From: Laetmonice hystrix
Lineage: Eukaryota
Length of the DNA: 64,000 nt
NCBI GenBank assembly: GCA_965235115.1
Contig: OZ249452.1
Location: 10,664,001 to 10,728,000 of the forward strand
Direction: 5' to 3'
A program made the translations under genes and the position numbers. How positions within the stretch are numbered: position 1 is the first letter of the stretch; each line of letters starts with the position of its first letter. Below the pieces are notes generated by a model that ran no database searches, was not told where the DNA came from, and worked only from the letters and a program-made list of their open reading frames with translations. This document shows positions 22,001-34,840 of this stretch, in pieces.

Positions 22001-23984
22001 AGGGCACCTTTAAAATCAACGCCTGGGGATGCAGAAAACGTAAGGCACCCTTCTTTTTAATATGGCTAAACCTCCAACGTACCCGGAAATGTGGTTTATT
22101 GAGAAGCGACACCAATTCCTGTGCTTCCGGTGCTGACCTCTGGCGGAGATCGTTGCAAATCTCGCACGTCATCTCCAGCGCGTTCTCTGCCATGGCCTTC
22201 TTCTCCTGGATCTCAGGGGTCGTGACCTTTTGGTGGACCTGGAACCAGGTCAATGCCGAACTAGAAACACTGTCACTATGATCGGAGAAAAATGAACAAA
22301 TTCAGATCAAAAGTGAAATGGTATAACATGAGATATCAGAACATCGTAATGCTCTGTACCTGCCTTTCTAAATGTCGTCTGCTTACCTTGATTAGGGACT
22401 GAAAGTCATCAGCCTGAAGAAGGTCACGTAGAAAGTTAAGGTCAATGTCCTTACCGCTGACCTTTGACCTAAGTGAGTCTAAGGATGTCAGAAGTCGATT
22501 AAGACCTGCAAGCAAAGCGCCAAGATGACAGCGGATGGCGGTTCTTCCCCCATGATAACTTTCCACGAAATGTTTGGGCAGGGGTTAGGGTTAAGGTCAG
22601 GGATAGGGATAGGGATAGGATAGGGATATGTTTTTGGGAGGTGTAGGGACTGGGGTTAGGGGTAAGGGATAAGGTCAGGGCCATGGATCTTTACTTTCCA
22701 CCAAATTTCGTGGGACTTAAGTTATCATGGGCGATATACCCGGATGGCAGTCGTCAGCAGGAGTTTGGTTCCCGGCAGAAACACCACAGATATAAGAAAT
22801 CATTTCATTTGTGGCAAATGTGGGCCCCTCTCTGTCTCCCTCTTTCTGTCTCCCTCTCCTGTTTCTCTCTGTCTCTCTCCTCTCTATCTCTCTCCTATCT
22901 CTCTCTCTCTGGCACAAAACACGTATCCTCATTAAAGATATCGAATAGGAAAGCAAAAGCAGACAGATAAATTGAGAATGGAAGAGGGCAAAGCAGCGCT
23001 AAGAAATAAATTGAAAACAACGAAGGACGTGATACTGGAAGCTTGGGATAATGAAAGTCTCGGACAGTATTCCAGAGGGACTGGCCCAGTGGCGCCGCGA
23101 TGCCTGCATCTGTACAACCAGACCGGGGAGGCAATAAGATCAAGTCGGGTGGGTAAATTGGATCAGACTGACACAAGAAACAACATTCCGTCTCTGATTG
23201 TGTTCTCGGTCGGTGGTTGTGCAGGAACCAATGAGGCTGAACGTCTATCTCTGAATTATTCACTTCTTTACTCGGACTAACATCCGTGGAACTAATTACT
23301 GGACGAGATAGAGATAGAGATACGGAGAGCTAGAGAGACACAAAGCTAGAGATAGCCATAGAGATAGAGAGATAATGACAAAGAGAGAGAGAGAGTGTGT
23401 AAGTAAATCTCTGAATTTATAAACTACGGTCAGTTAGACCTTCAAATGATCTTGCCTTTAGACGATCCCTTATTGATTCAAATCTTGTTGCCATGGAGAC
23501 AAGCAGTCCTGGGAACCTGACTTGGAACTCCATTTAGATTGAATCTGACCACGCCGGAACAGTACAATTTATCCTTTTATTTCTGTAGAAACCATTGTCC
23601 CATTGTTACATAAATCTTTACGTAACAAAACCTGTACGTCGCGAGAATCGTGGAAATTGTTCAAGCTTTTTTAAAAACTTTTTATTGCATACCACACATA
23701 CATCAAGTCTGAAAAGAAAAACATATTCCAGACTGTTTTCTACATCTTTGTGTCGTCGGCGCCAAAATCAATAATGCATAAACCAGATTCTTAGGTGGTT
23801 AAAGAATTTAGCACATCAACTGTTGGAACTTGGAGGGAGAAGAGAAGGGGAGAGAAATAGTGTAGGGCCATGTTCACACTGCTGTCCCTGGTGAAACTGA
23901 CCCGGTACAGCAGTGTGAACATGACTTAAACTCACCTGGATCAAGTGGATTTGGAGCTGCCGATGACGTAATCACGGGCATCAT
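16041..23984 (-). CDS. MPP7: MAGUK p55 subfamily protein, MPP7/MPP3-like (L27-L27-PDZ-SH3-HOOK-GuK), 15 coding exons, 578 aa
   Basis: Exons (minus strand): 23984-23936 [16 protein letters not shown]; 22505-22387; 22238-22083; 21690-21556; 21191-21024 ([24 protein letters not shown]); 20772-20698; 20251-20055 (SH3 ..FDY..AGLSF..GDIL..WWQA); 19594-19533; 19397-19311 (HOOK); 19116-19030; 18784-18704 ([14 protein letters not shown]); 18620-18527; 18157-18049 ([15 protein letters not shown]); 16571-16431; 16217-16041 (..HWVPAAWVR*). All junctions are GT-AG with matching phases; total 1737 nt. Motifs resemble vertebrate MPP7 as recalled; exact orthology is not tested. Confidence 0.92.
16699..18083 (-). 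repeat. 41-bp minisatellite (~33 copies) = last 35 nt of a GuK exon + first 6 nt of its intron
   Basis: Minus-strand unit CTGGACAGGTGGCTGTCCTCTGTCCCCACCCACAG|GTAATA; the proximal copy is the real exon end (18049). Confidence 0.95.
19671..20084 (-). repeat. 60-bp minisatellite (~7 copies) spanning the SH3 exon end and 5' splice site
   Basis: Unit GCTCATACCCGGCCGTACCCTGCAGGAGAG|GT(A/C)ATTAATTATCATTAACACCTAGTCACA; donor-like GT ending at 20054, 19994, 19934, 19874, 19814, 19754, 19694. Confidence 0.95.
21691..22052 (-). repeat. ~41-bp minisatellite (~9 copies) made of the 3' splice site of intron 3
   Basis: Minus-strand unit GCGTTGATGTGAAGGATGCCTTATGTTTTCTGTATCCGCAG; the last copy is the real acceptor (exon starts at 21690). 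Confidence 0.92.
22548..22731. mobile_element. MITE-like element with imperfect TIRs and a GGGTTA/GGGATA repeat core
   Basis: CCCATGATAACTTTCCACGAAAT is inverted as ATTTCGTGGGACTTAAGTTATCATGGG. Confidence 0.65.
23869..23923. mobile_element. 55-bp palindromic mini-element (Harbinger/PIF-like GTTCACAC terminus)
   Basis: CATGTTCACACTGCTGT ... ACAGCAGTGTGAACATG, a perfect 17-bp inverted repeat. Confidence 0.55.
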
Positions 23985-24062
23985 GCAACACAGCCACTTT
24001 CCCAGCAGAGGGCGCTCTATCGGCGAGATATCCCTGCAACAAACGATAATGGTCAAGTTCTA

Positions 24063-26347
24063 TCGACTGGAGGTCAAAACACTACCAGATAATTCAGTCA
24101 GGAAACATACACTGGAAGTCAAAACACTACCAGATAATTCAGTCAGGAAACATCGACTGGAGGTAAGAACACTACCAGATAATTCAGTCAGGAAACATAC
24201 ACTGGAGGTAAAAACACTACCAGATAATTCAGTCAGGAAACACCAACTGGAGGTAAAAACACTACTGGATAATTCAGTCAGGAAACATACACTGGAGGTA
24301 AAAACACTACCAGATAATTCAGTCAGGAAACATCTACTGGAGGTAAAAACACTACCAGATAATTCAGTCAGAAAACATCCACTGGAGGTAAAAGCACTAC
24401 CAGATAATTCAGTCAGGAAACATCTACTGGAGGTAAAAACACTACCAGATAATTCAGTCAGGAAACATCTACTGGAGGTAAAAACACTACCAGATAATTC
24501 AGTCAGGAAACATCCACTGGAGGTAAAAACACTACCAGATAATTCAGTCAGGAAACATCTACTGGAGGTAAAAACACTACCAGATAATTCAGTCAGGAAA
24601 CATCCACTGGAGGTAAAACACTACCAGATAATTCAACCAGGAAACATACACTGGAAGTAAAAACACTACCAGATAATTCAGTCAGGAAACATCTACTGGA
24701 GGTAAGAACACTACTAGATAATTCAGTCAGGAAACATACACTGGAAGTAAAAACACTACCAGATAATTCAGTCAGGAAACATACACTGGAAGTAAAAACA
24801 CTACCAGATAATTCAACCAGGAAACATACACTGGAGGTAAAAACACTACCAGATAATTCAGTCAGGAAACATCTACTGGAGGTAAGAACACTACTAGATA
24901 ATTCAACCAGGAAACATACACTGGAAGTAAAAACACTACCAGATAATTCAGTCAGGAAACATCTACTGGAGGTAAGAACACTACTAGATAATTCAGTCAG
25001 GAAACATCCACTGGAGGTAAAACACTACCAGATAATTCAACCAGGAAACATACACTGGAAGTAAAAACACTACCAGATAATTCAGTCAGGAAACATCTAC
25101 TGGAGGTAAGAACACTACTAGATAATTCAGTCAGGAAACATACACTGGAAGTAAAAACACTACCAGATAATTCAGTCAGGAAACATACACTGGAAGTAAA
25201 AACACTACCAGATAATTCAACCAGGAAACATACACTGGAGGTAAAAACACTACCAGATAATTCAGTCAGGAAACATCTACTGGAGGTAAGAACACTACTA
25301 GATAATTCAACCAGGAAACATACACTGGAAGTAAAAACACTACCAGATAATTCAGTCAGGAAACATCTACTGGAGGTAAGAACACTACTAGATAATTCAG
25401 TCAGGAAACATCAACTGGAGGTAAAACACTACCAGATAATTCAACCAGGAAACATACACTGGAAGTAAAAACACTACCAGATAATTCAACCAGGAAACAT
25501 ACACTGGAGGTAAAAACACTACCAGATAATTCAGTCAGGAAACATCTACTGGAGGTAAGAACACTACTAGATAATTCAGTCAGGAAACATCGACTGGAGG
25601 TAAGAACACTACCAGATAATTCAGTCAGGAAACATCAACTGGAGGTAAAAACACTACCAGATAATTAAGTCAGGAAACATCAACTGGAGGTAAAAACACT
25701 ACCAGATAATTCAGTCAGGAAACATCAACTGGAGGTAAAAACACTACCAGATAATTCAGTCAGGAAACATCGACTGGAGGTCAAAACACTACCAGATAAT
25801 TCAGTCAGGAAACATACACTGGAGGTCAAAACACTACCAGATAATTCAGTCAGGAAACATACACTGGAGGTAAAAACACTACCAGATAATTCAGTCAGGA
25901 AACATCCACTGGAGGTAAAAACACTACCAGATAATTCAGTGAGGAAACATACACTGGAGGTCAAAACACTACCAGATAATTCAGTCAGGAAACATCCACT
26001 GGAGGTGAAAACACTACCAGATAATTCAGTCAGGAAACATCCACTGGAGGTGAAAACACTACCAGATAATTCAGTCAGGAAACATCCACTGGAGGTAAAA
26101 AACTACCAGATAATTCAGTGAGGAAACATACACTGGAGGTAAAAACACTACCAGATAATTCAGTGAGGAAACATCCACTGGAGGTCAAAACACTACCAGA
26201 TAATTCAGTCAGGAAACATCCACTGGAGGTGAAAACACTACCAGATAATTCAGTCAGGAAATATCCACTCCACTGGAGGTGAAAACACTACCACATAATT
26301 CAACCAGGAAACATACACTGGAGGTAAAAACACTACCAGATAATTCA
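24063..26347. repeat. Minisatellite, 45-bp unit (CTGGAGGTAAAAACACTACCAGATAATTCAGTCAGGAAACATxxA), ~50 copies
   Basis: Direct tandem repeats; 15-aa periodicity in the ORF track. Confidence 0.95.
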
Positions 26348-27527
26348 ATCAAGAAGTCGTCCGCCCCGGTCCTGGGATGACTGCAGTCTGCCAACCTAAA
26401 GTCGTAGTCCCAGATCGACACTATCCTCCCGGGACCCACATCAACCTGTAGTTCCGAACTAAATATTCCAACCTCTGGGCAAAGACGGTCACGTGTTGTC
26501 ATGGTAACCTGTTTCTTCCAGAACACCCAAGTTGCCGTCCCCAATACAAGCGACATTGGTTTAACCACGCCCACATTGTAACAGTCAGCCCTGCTCTTCA
26601 TCCCGCTGACTCAGAGATGCAGTCTTGTTGAGGACGGGTTGACCTCTGTGTTATACCAAGACTGACCTTTCTAACAACTCCAGTTCCCACGATGGTCATA
26701 TTGATTTTAGAACTTGGGTAGTGTCATGCGAATGTCGAGCTCCTAAGGTTAACATGACTTGGTATTATTAAGGCGGAATTCACTCGAATTGACCACCATT
26801 TGGAAGAAAATGATTTGCCATTTTTATTTTCTTCAAAATATGGAGAATCATTGAAGTTGAGGCCTCGTGCACTGATGTATGTAGTGCATGTCTGCTAAAT
26901 ATTTCAAAATTCTGTTTAATGCCAGCCTCATGGTGCAGAACATTCATGAATCAACGCATACAATGTTAACACTAATTTTATCTTGAAAATCTTCGTGCGC
27001 CAGCACAATGCTTGCCCTGCCCCCACCCCCCACCCCCACCCCCCACCCCGACGAAAAGATTCGTATATTGTAGTTTGCGTCACACGTGAATGGTACAGAA
27101 TCGAGCTACATATATCATATACTAGGGGTGACCTTTAGGTCAAGGCAATGAATAGTGACTCTAGATCTTCGTTCAAAAGCTGTTCGGTATCTGCAGCCAC
27201 TGTTTGTACTGCCAGATAATAGCCATTTAATCCCAGTGCAGTTAGTGGCTGGCAAACAAACGCAGAGATATAATCGCTATTATCATGATCGCTGCGACAT
27301 TTTTCCAGCCTTTTATCAAAAGTAGACAGTTCGTGGTCTACGGATTGTTGACACAGTTGCAGCCAACGTGATTGCAATATAATAGCTGATTTCCATTCGT
27401 GGCATTACCTTCTATTAAAGGTAAATTGAATGAGAATCACATGAAAAGGACAATACAACATTTTACTTTCAGTAGTACACTAAAATGTTCACTGTCACTT
27501 GTTTGGATTGGGGGGGGGGGGGGTCCT

Positions 27528-27717
27528 CTCCTCAATAGCCAGGGCCATATCGAGGCGGTCAGTTTTCCGGAGGAAACCGGAACATCCGGAGAAAACTACC
27601 GACCCTGTGGCAAGTACTTGAAAAACACCACGTGTGGCTTAAAGGAGCATAGAACCCAACGGCGGGAGGCCCATTGATCACGAGCCAGATCCTTAGACCT
27701 TGAACCACCACAGGGCC
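27528..27717 (-). mobile_element. tRNA-derived SINE fragment
   Basis: Minus strand reads GGCCCTGTGGTGGTTCAAGG (A-box-like) ... GGGTTCTATGCTCC (B-box-like) ... TTTTCTCCGGATGTTCCGGTTTCCTCC, a core motif recalled from V/Meta/Nin-type SINEs. Confidence 0.6.
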
Positions 27718-30700
27718 TGGACCATCACTCCGTGAAACGTTTTGTTCAAAGTCGATTGGAATGAAATGAAAACATGAATACAGAAACGGTGAAAGATGTA
27801 TACGACACGTTACTATTTTACTGAGGCAAACAGTCCTGTTGTGATGCCCTGACCTTTGCGGCTTTTTTTTCGCATGCATTCATTTTGATGAAATTATACG
27901 TCCCCAACGACGTCAAAGATGTACTTTCGACATTTTCCTGGGAAAACCCCTTTCATCTGTTAAAGTCACACTTACCCTGTCCACGCCATCCTGCTAGTGT
28001 TGGTGAACCTCCAGTCAGACGAGCTATGAATACTTTATGCACCAATAATATAGACGTTATATCACGCTGACGGAGGCTCCCAGTTGCTCGGCCTCACGCA
28101 CACGGAGCTCATTGACGTGTAATCTGGCGCTCACTGACGTCACAAATCGACGCTCATTGACGACACAAACCAGCGCTCATTGACGTAATAAACTAAGCCC
28201 TCATTGGCGGAAATCTAGTCGCTAGGGCCAGGCCAGATTGTGGTATACTGGGATTCCTCGTATGTCCAAATGTACCCTGTCCATTCTTGCAGACCGAATA
28301 ATGGCAGACAGATTGCGATTTTAAAACAACGCAGGGCAGTCTGGGTATTCCATCGCCGAACGCCTTATAAAATTCCCCCTAGAATTGCTTGGGAAATTGT
28401 CTGAAGTAATTTGACGTTGGCATCCTCCTTGTATTGGAATAAAGCAGACGATACAAATTCACATGTTCCAGTCTTTGACTTTGCGAAACACATCGGACCT
28501 GTCAAAAATAGCAGTCGTATTTGCTAAGAAAGGTGAAAAATGGCCTTGCTCGTTTCAGCGTTGACCATGATAGCTCTGAGATGGTACAGTTCAACTTTTT
28601 ACCGTCAGCGTTTGCGTATCTTTTGTAGGACTGACCTGTGGTCAGTGGCGGTCAAGCTGTCCCGTAATGGCATTGCCAATCATTCACTGACCAAGGTCCG
28701 GTAATCCTGGCAGCTCTCACACGACAACCATTGGATCCGATTGACAATATTAGATCCAAGTCTTACACGGACCAAGGTGACTCGGTCAAGGTCACCATGA
28801 TCTTGTCACCATGGAAACAGCAAGACTTCAGTACAATCTCTCAGGGCAGAATAAGGCTTTGACCTTCAACTAATCCGTTTGCATTAAGTTCACAATTGAT
28901 GAAAAGAACTATTCAAAATGAGCTAATTATAATTTGAGTCTGAAACTCTTTAAAATTTCTCAAGGAATTAAAAAAAAGACCAGCAGATAGATCAATTGTC
29001 AAGACCTTGTAGGCACAGAACGTCCAGACAGAAAGAGACTGTACAAATATGATCAATGCTGAATCCTGAATGCTGAAGACTGCACATGATGGCCTCGTTC
29101 GACTTCAGTGCCTGGTATCCCATGTCTGACTTTGTCAATGTCACAACACGTGGTTGTTATAAGTCAACCTTTCCAAGGCATCCAATAACTAGGTCAACCC
29201 CATCCCGCCTGGGGACGACCACTGCTGTCTCTGGGTCAGGGATTGATTCCCTCCAGGGTGTTATTCCTCCTGTGTGGGAGTAAATAAGAGCGTGAGATTC
29301 TTCCAGTGGGTTCCTATAGCAGGTGGAGATCAGAGTATATGGCACCTTCTGTTGTAACTACTAAACGTCAGTCATTGCGATGGCGTCTCTTCCTTCTGTA
29401 TCCTCTCCAGCATCTGTACACACTGGAGCGTCTGTAGTCGTCCAGACAAAAGACGCCGCCTACTGGATGATATCAGAGCGGTGCTGGGTCACATCCTCCT
29501 GGTGGGTTGTCCTGGAGGGGATCTATAGAGAGCTAGGCGCTGTGTGTATACCTCAGTGAAGGCACAGCCTGCCCGCCTGCCTCCTCGCCTACTTCACACA
29601 CTGAAACCACGGCGGCTGCTGCAGCTGCTGCTGAGGATGAGTGGCCTGGTTCAGTTGGAGCCCTCTCTCCCACTACCGACTCACGCGTACACCCCCTGAC
29701 TCAAACACGCCTGGGTGGATAGGTTTGGTCTGACCAACGAGACTAGACAGACGGTCTGACCAACTCTGGCGTTGGATTGCCGCCGTGCGCCTCTGCTCCT
29801 CACTGGACGATAGCAACCCCCTCACTCACTCACTCACCCCCTCACCCGCAGGGGGTGCATGTCTGTCATTTTAGTCGCGTGCGCGTGCGTGTGCACGTCA
29901 GCAGCACGACTCCGCTGGCCATGCAAGGGTTGAGTGGTGGGCCCGCATTGAAATGGCGTTCACATTTATAGTTCAGCAATGACCCTTCACAATGATTGAC
30001 AGCTAAAGGTTCTGACTCAACTGGATTGTGTTGCCATGGCAACATTCCATTGTCGTTAAGAAGCACCAATGCGTTCAGTATGAGACAGCCACACAATTCA
30101 AACAAAAGGTCAATTCAACCGGAACCAAATTTGGCGTCGCGCGTTTGTTTTTTGCCCAGTAATGGCGAAAGGGGCGGGGTATAAACGTTTTACCCCACCC
30201 TCCTAATCGTTGAGTTCAGAAACCCCCGCTCGATGAACATGTCAGTTGTCCGAGCGCCACCTGTCGCTGACACTCGACATTTCTGACCGCCACATCGTTA
30301 ATGGATTATAAATGAAGCTTGACCTCCCAGATGTCAACTTCAGAAGGCCCTATTCAGCATGTGCCCTTCAACCAATGAGTCCGCCACTTGGGGTCCATAG
30401 CCCCCCCCCCCCCTTTACTATCCATCTTATCTACATCAGGGCCGTCCCATGGGGCGGGCAAGGGGGCAGTTCCCCCTCAGTAATTCCTGAAGAAATAGCC
30501 TTGGCAAGCAGGTGCTTGCAAATGGTGACACATGCCCTTTTGTGAACTTTAGTGCGTGTGGCATTTTGCAGCTGTAATATTGCTATGATTCAGCAAATGA
30601 TATACTTGGTAGAAATAAACAAAAATAAAATTTAAATTTACATATGTTAACGTACGTAGCTGTCACATACGTCTCACCACGAATGTTGACAAGGCCTTTG

Positions 30701-31898
30701 TTTGATCACATACGTCTCACCACGAATGTTGAAGAGGCCTTTTGTTTGATTTTTTAAATAAAAATGGAGCGCTGCTGATAGACAGAGGGGCAACGTACTT
30801 AACGCTTCAGTTAATTTCAATCAATGGAGACGGCAAAACATTCAATTACCCACTGCTTCTTAAAAAAAACAATTCTGACTTCATAATGGGACGTCTGCGG
30901 TCAACTACTGCATGGAAAATATCAATATTATAATTCAATAATTCACCAAAAAGATGTTTTAAGTAATTGCATGATGGATCAATAACTGCAACTGGGTGAC
31001 AGTTGTGGAAACGCATTCCGCCATCTGCACCCCTTCCTTCCATCTGCACCCCACTCAACGTTAAGACTACTGGACCAGCAGTGGCAGTTAATCTGCCCCA
31101 GCTACTTCCTATACACCCCCACACGCCTGACTGAGAGTGGACTCTTGTAAAACATGATTTGTGCATCTCACTGGATTGCCCGCTCTCCCACTCAGCTGGT
31201 TTCCGTTTCGGTAATAACGTGGCTAGACATTCCGTGTTTTATCAGCTGGTCACCTACATCATTTTGTTCACATGGCCACGCGTGCATATTTCAACTAAGA
31301 AAGCTTAATAAAGAAAAAAGTTCCCCCTTTGCCTTTCAGTAATTCATTAATTTAAAAGTGTGTTATATATTGCAATTTCAAATCCTGTATCGTTTAGAAA
31401 GTTGGTAATTACTAGAAGCTTTCTAGTACAATTGTAAATGTCCGCTTCCCTCTTACTTAAAAGAGCAGCCCTAAAAAAATGGCGGAAATTTACACACTTT
31501 TCTACTGAAACTCGGAATGGAACCGAATACAATCATTATTAATTCAGTTGGTATTGTTTGGTCGACAAACCAATTCATGGAAGCTTATCGCAAACACCGA
31601 TTATGTGGCGCTGTAATCGCGATAATCGATAGAGATCAAACAAATCCCATGGATGCGACAATATAAGAGCGGGCCGCGAAGCGAATGGCCACATTCATGC
31701 TCCGAGGACAAACAAAGCAAATCTTGATGCACGCGTATGCTGTGATTTCCCAAAGGTCATTTTCCGATAACGCAATTTCTACTTGCTGTCATCTACATGT
31801 CGATGTCATGGGTCCCCCGGTAATATAATCTTATCTATATTCTTATTCTAATTAGCGTCCTCCACTTCAATACGAAAGTCATCGCACAAAATCGCTCA

Positions 31899-32610
31899 GT
31901 TGCTCAAAAGCAGTGCAGACTTAACGCCAATGCAGGCTCAATGTCAGGTAAACGTTTCTCAAAGCAGTGCAGAGACTTAACGCCAATGCAGGCTCAATGT
32001 CAGTTAAACGTTGCTCAAAGCAGTACATACGTAACGCCAATGTAGGCTCAATGTCAGGTAAATGTTGCTCAAAGCAGTACACACTTAACGCCAATGTAGG
32101 CTCAATGTCAGTTAAACGCTGCTCAAAGCAGTACATACGTAACGCCAATGTAGGCTCAATGTCAGGTAAATGTTGCTCAAAGCAGTACATGCGTAACGCC
32201 AATGTGGGCTCAATGTCAGTTAAACGTTGCTCAAAGCAGTACATACTTAACGCCAATGTAGGCTCAATGTCAGGTAAACGTTGCTCAAAGCAGTACATAC
32301 GTAACGCCAATGTAGGCTCAATGTCAGGTAACCGTTGCTCAAAGCAGTATATACGTAACGCCAATGTAGGCTCAATGTCAGGTAAACGTTGCTCAAAGCA
32401 GTACAGACTTAACGCCAATGTAGGCTCAATGTCAGGTAAACGTTTCTCAAAGCAGTGCAGAGACTAATCTTAACGCCAATGCAGGCTCAATGCTAGTTAA
32501 ACGTTGCTCAAAGCAGTACATACTTAACGCCAATGTGGGCTCAATGTCAGGTAAACGTTGCTCAAAGCAGTACATAGATACGTAACGCCAATGTAGGCTC
32601 TATGTCAGTT
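31899..32610. repeat. Minisatellite, 54-bp unit, ~13 copies
   Basis: AACGCCAATGTAGGCTCAATGTCAGGTAAACGTTGCTCAAAGCAGTACATAC(T/G)T repeated; 18-aa periodicity in the ORF track. Confidence 0.93.
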
Positions 32611-33029
32611 CTCGAGACGAAGTCATCACCCATGTGCTGCCCTCTGGTGTGCAGAAAAATAGTTGGCCCATTTCAACAAGCGCGACACCTATCGGCTTTT
32701 GTGAATGATACAATTATCAGACTATGCCACCAGATGGCAGCACTGGATCACGGCTGGCTCATGAAGCTAACCCTGGATCAGGTAACCTGTGCCACCTGAG
32801 CCTCGCCCGTTCCAGGTCGATATAATATACTAACTAGAAATTGTTCAGTCCGAACAGGACGTCTCCCCTTTTTTAAAGTAATGACATCATATAATTTTTG
32901 AGAGAGGACTAATTAGAATGAAAGTAGTGTGTTGCAAAAGCAATGATATAGCTATGGCAGATTTTCTATGCGAAAGAAAAGATTAACTAGTTGCGAGGTG
33001 CCCAGGGCACAGGTATCCCATTCACCAGT

Positions 33030-33975
33030 CAATGGTGTTAAAATCGGAAATTAGGTCAACTTGGCCGCCATCTTGGATTTTTCAAATTCTGTTCAAATGG
33101 GTCAAGTTTTCCATCCTAACCCCAATGGTGAAAACCAGACGTTGATATCTTTAACCGTTTTAGAGATATCACTGATTTTGGGTTGAAAATGACCTAAAAG
33201 GGCCAACTTTGAAGAGCCATAATTTGGAAACTATTGATTTTAGGGGAGCCATCTCGGTGTCAGAGACAGCTGACCCATTACCCAATCCAATGGTTTTAAA
33301 ATCGGAAATTAGGTCAACTTGGCCGCCATCTTGGATTTTTCAAATTCAGTTTAAATGGGTCAAGTTTTCCATCCTAACCCCAATGGTGAAAACCAGACGT
33401 TGATATCTTTAACCGTTTTAGAGATATCACTGATTTTTGGTTAAAAATGACCTAAAAGGGCCAACTTTGAAGAGCCATAACTTGGAAACTATTGATTTTA
33501 GGGGAGCCATCTCGGTGTCAGAGACAGCTGACCTATTACCCAATCCAATGGTGTTAAAATCGGAAATTAGGTCAACTTGGCCGCCATCTTGGATTTTTCA
33601 AATTCAGGGAAAATGGCTCAAGGTTTTCATCCCAAACCCAATGGTCAAAACCAGACATTGATATCTTTAACCGTTTTCGAGGTATCACTGATGTTTGGTT
33701 GAAAATAACCTAAAAGGGCCAACTTTGAGGGGCCATAAGATGGAAACTATCGAATTTAGGGGAGCCATCTCGGTGTCAGAGATAGTGGACCTATTACCCA
33801 ATCCAATGGTGCTGAAATTGGAAATTAGGTCAACTTGGCCGCCATCTTGGATTTTTCAAATTCGCTGAGGATGGGTCAAGTTTTTTATGCTAAACCCAAA
33901 GGTGAAACCCAGACATTGATATCTTTAACCGTTTTCGAGATATCACTGATCTTTGGTTGAAAATTACCTAAAAAG
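33030..33975. repeat. 258-bp tandem repeat, ~3.7 copies
   Basis: AGGTCAACTTGGCCGCCATCTTGGA at 33053, 33311, 33569, 33827. Confidence 0.93.
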
Positions 33976-33984
33976 GGTCATTAA

Positions 33985-34705
33985 GCCAGATGGGGTCACG
34001 TGACAGCATTTAAATTGACGTAAATTGAAAACTCATATATGATTTTCCATATGAGTTTAATAGGAACCATGGACCCATCTGGCTCTGTTTCTAAGTTACA
34101 GCCATCTTAAAATACCAATGACGTCATAGGGCAACGTAGGGTCACGTGACCTAACTAAAAATGGTGTCATTTGAAAGGCCATATATGACTTCCTATGGGT
34201 ATCACTAGTACGTATGGGCCTATCTGGCTCTTTTTCCAAGTTACTGCCAGCTGAAAACACTGATGACGTCATACAGCCATATATGGTCACATGACCTAAT
34301 TAAAAATGGTGTCATTTGAAAGGCCATATATGACTTCCTATCTGTCTACAATAGTAACTATGGGCCTATCTGGCTCTGTTTCCAAGTTATTGCTAATTGA
34401 AAATACCGATGATGTCATAGAGTCACGTAGGGTCACGTGACCTAATTAAAAATTGTGTCATTTTAAAGGCCATAATGACTTCCTATCTGTCTTCAATAGT
34501 AACTATGGGCCTATCTGGCTCTATTTCCAAGTTACTGCTAATTGAAAATACTGATGACGTCATAGAGTCACGTAGGGTCACGTGACCTAATTAAAAATGG
34601 TGTAATTTTAAAGGCCATATATGACTCCTATCTGTCTTCAATAGTAACTATGGGCCTATCTGGCTCTATTGCCAAGTTACTGCTAGCTGAAAATACCGAT
34701 GACGA
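33985..34705. repeat. ~145-bp tandem repeat, ~4-5 copies
   Basis: GTCAC(G/A)TGACCTAA at 34141, 34286, 34432, 34577. Confidence 0.9.
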
Positions 34706-34840
34706 TAAGGTATGTATGTATGTGGGTAGGGGTGTGGGTGTGTGTGTGCGATGTGCTGGCTGTGGTAAAGGAGTTGGTGGTTGTTGGTGGAGCGTGGAAG
34801 TGTTATGTAACTCAGTTGTGGGATCTGCGGTGGTGGGGTA

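Noticed and set aside
22580-22680. Interstitial telomere
   Set aside because: Degenerate GGGTTA/GGGATA tract enclosed by TIRs, so part of a MITE.
23983-26121. LEVKTLPDNSVRKH repeat ORFs
   Set aside because: Stop-free frame of a 45-bp array broken by 1-bp deletions; antisense to the MPP7-like gene; no other gene signals.
14553-26347. Tandem arrays as CRISPR arrays
   Set aside because: No unique spacers, no cas genes, eukaryotic context.
31921-32467. 165/166-aa Cys-containing repeat ORFs on both strands
   Set aside because: By-product of a 54-bp (multiple of 3) minisatellite.
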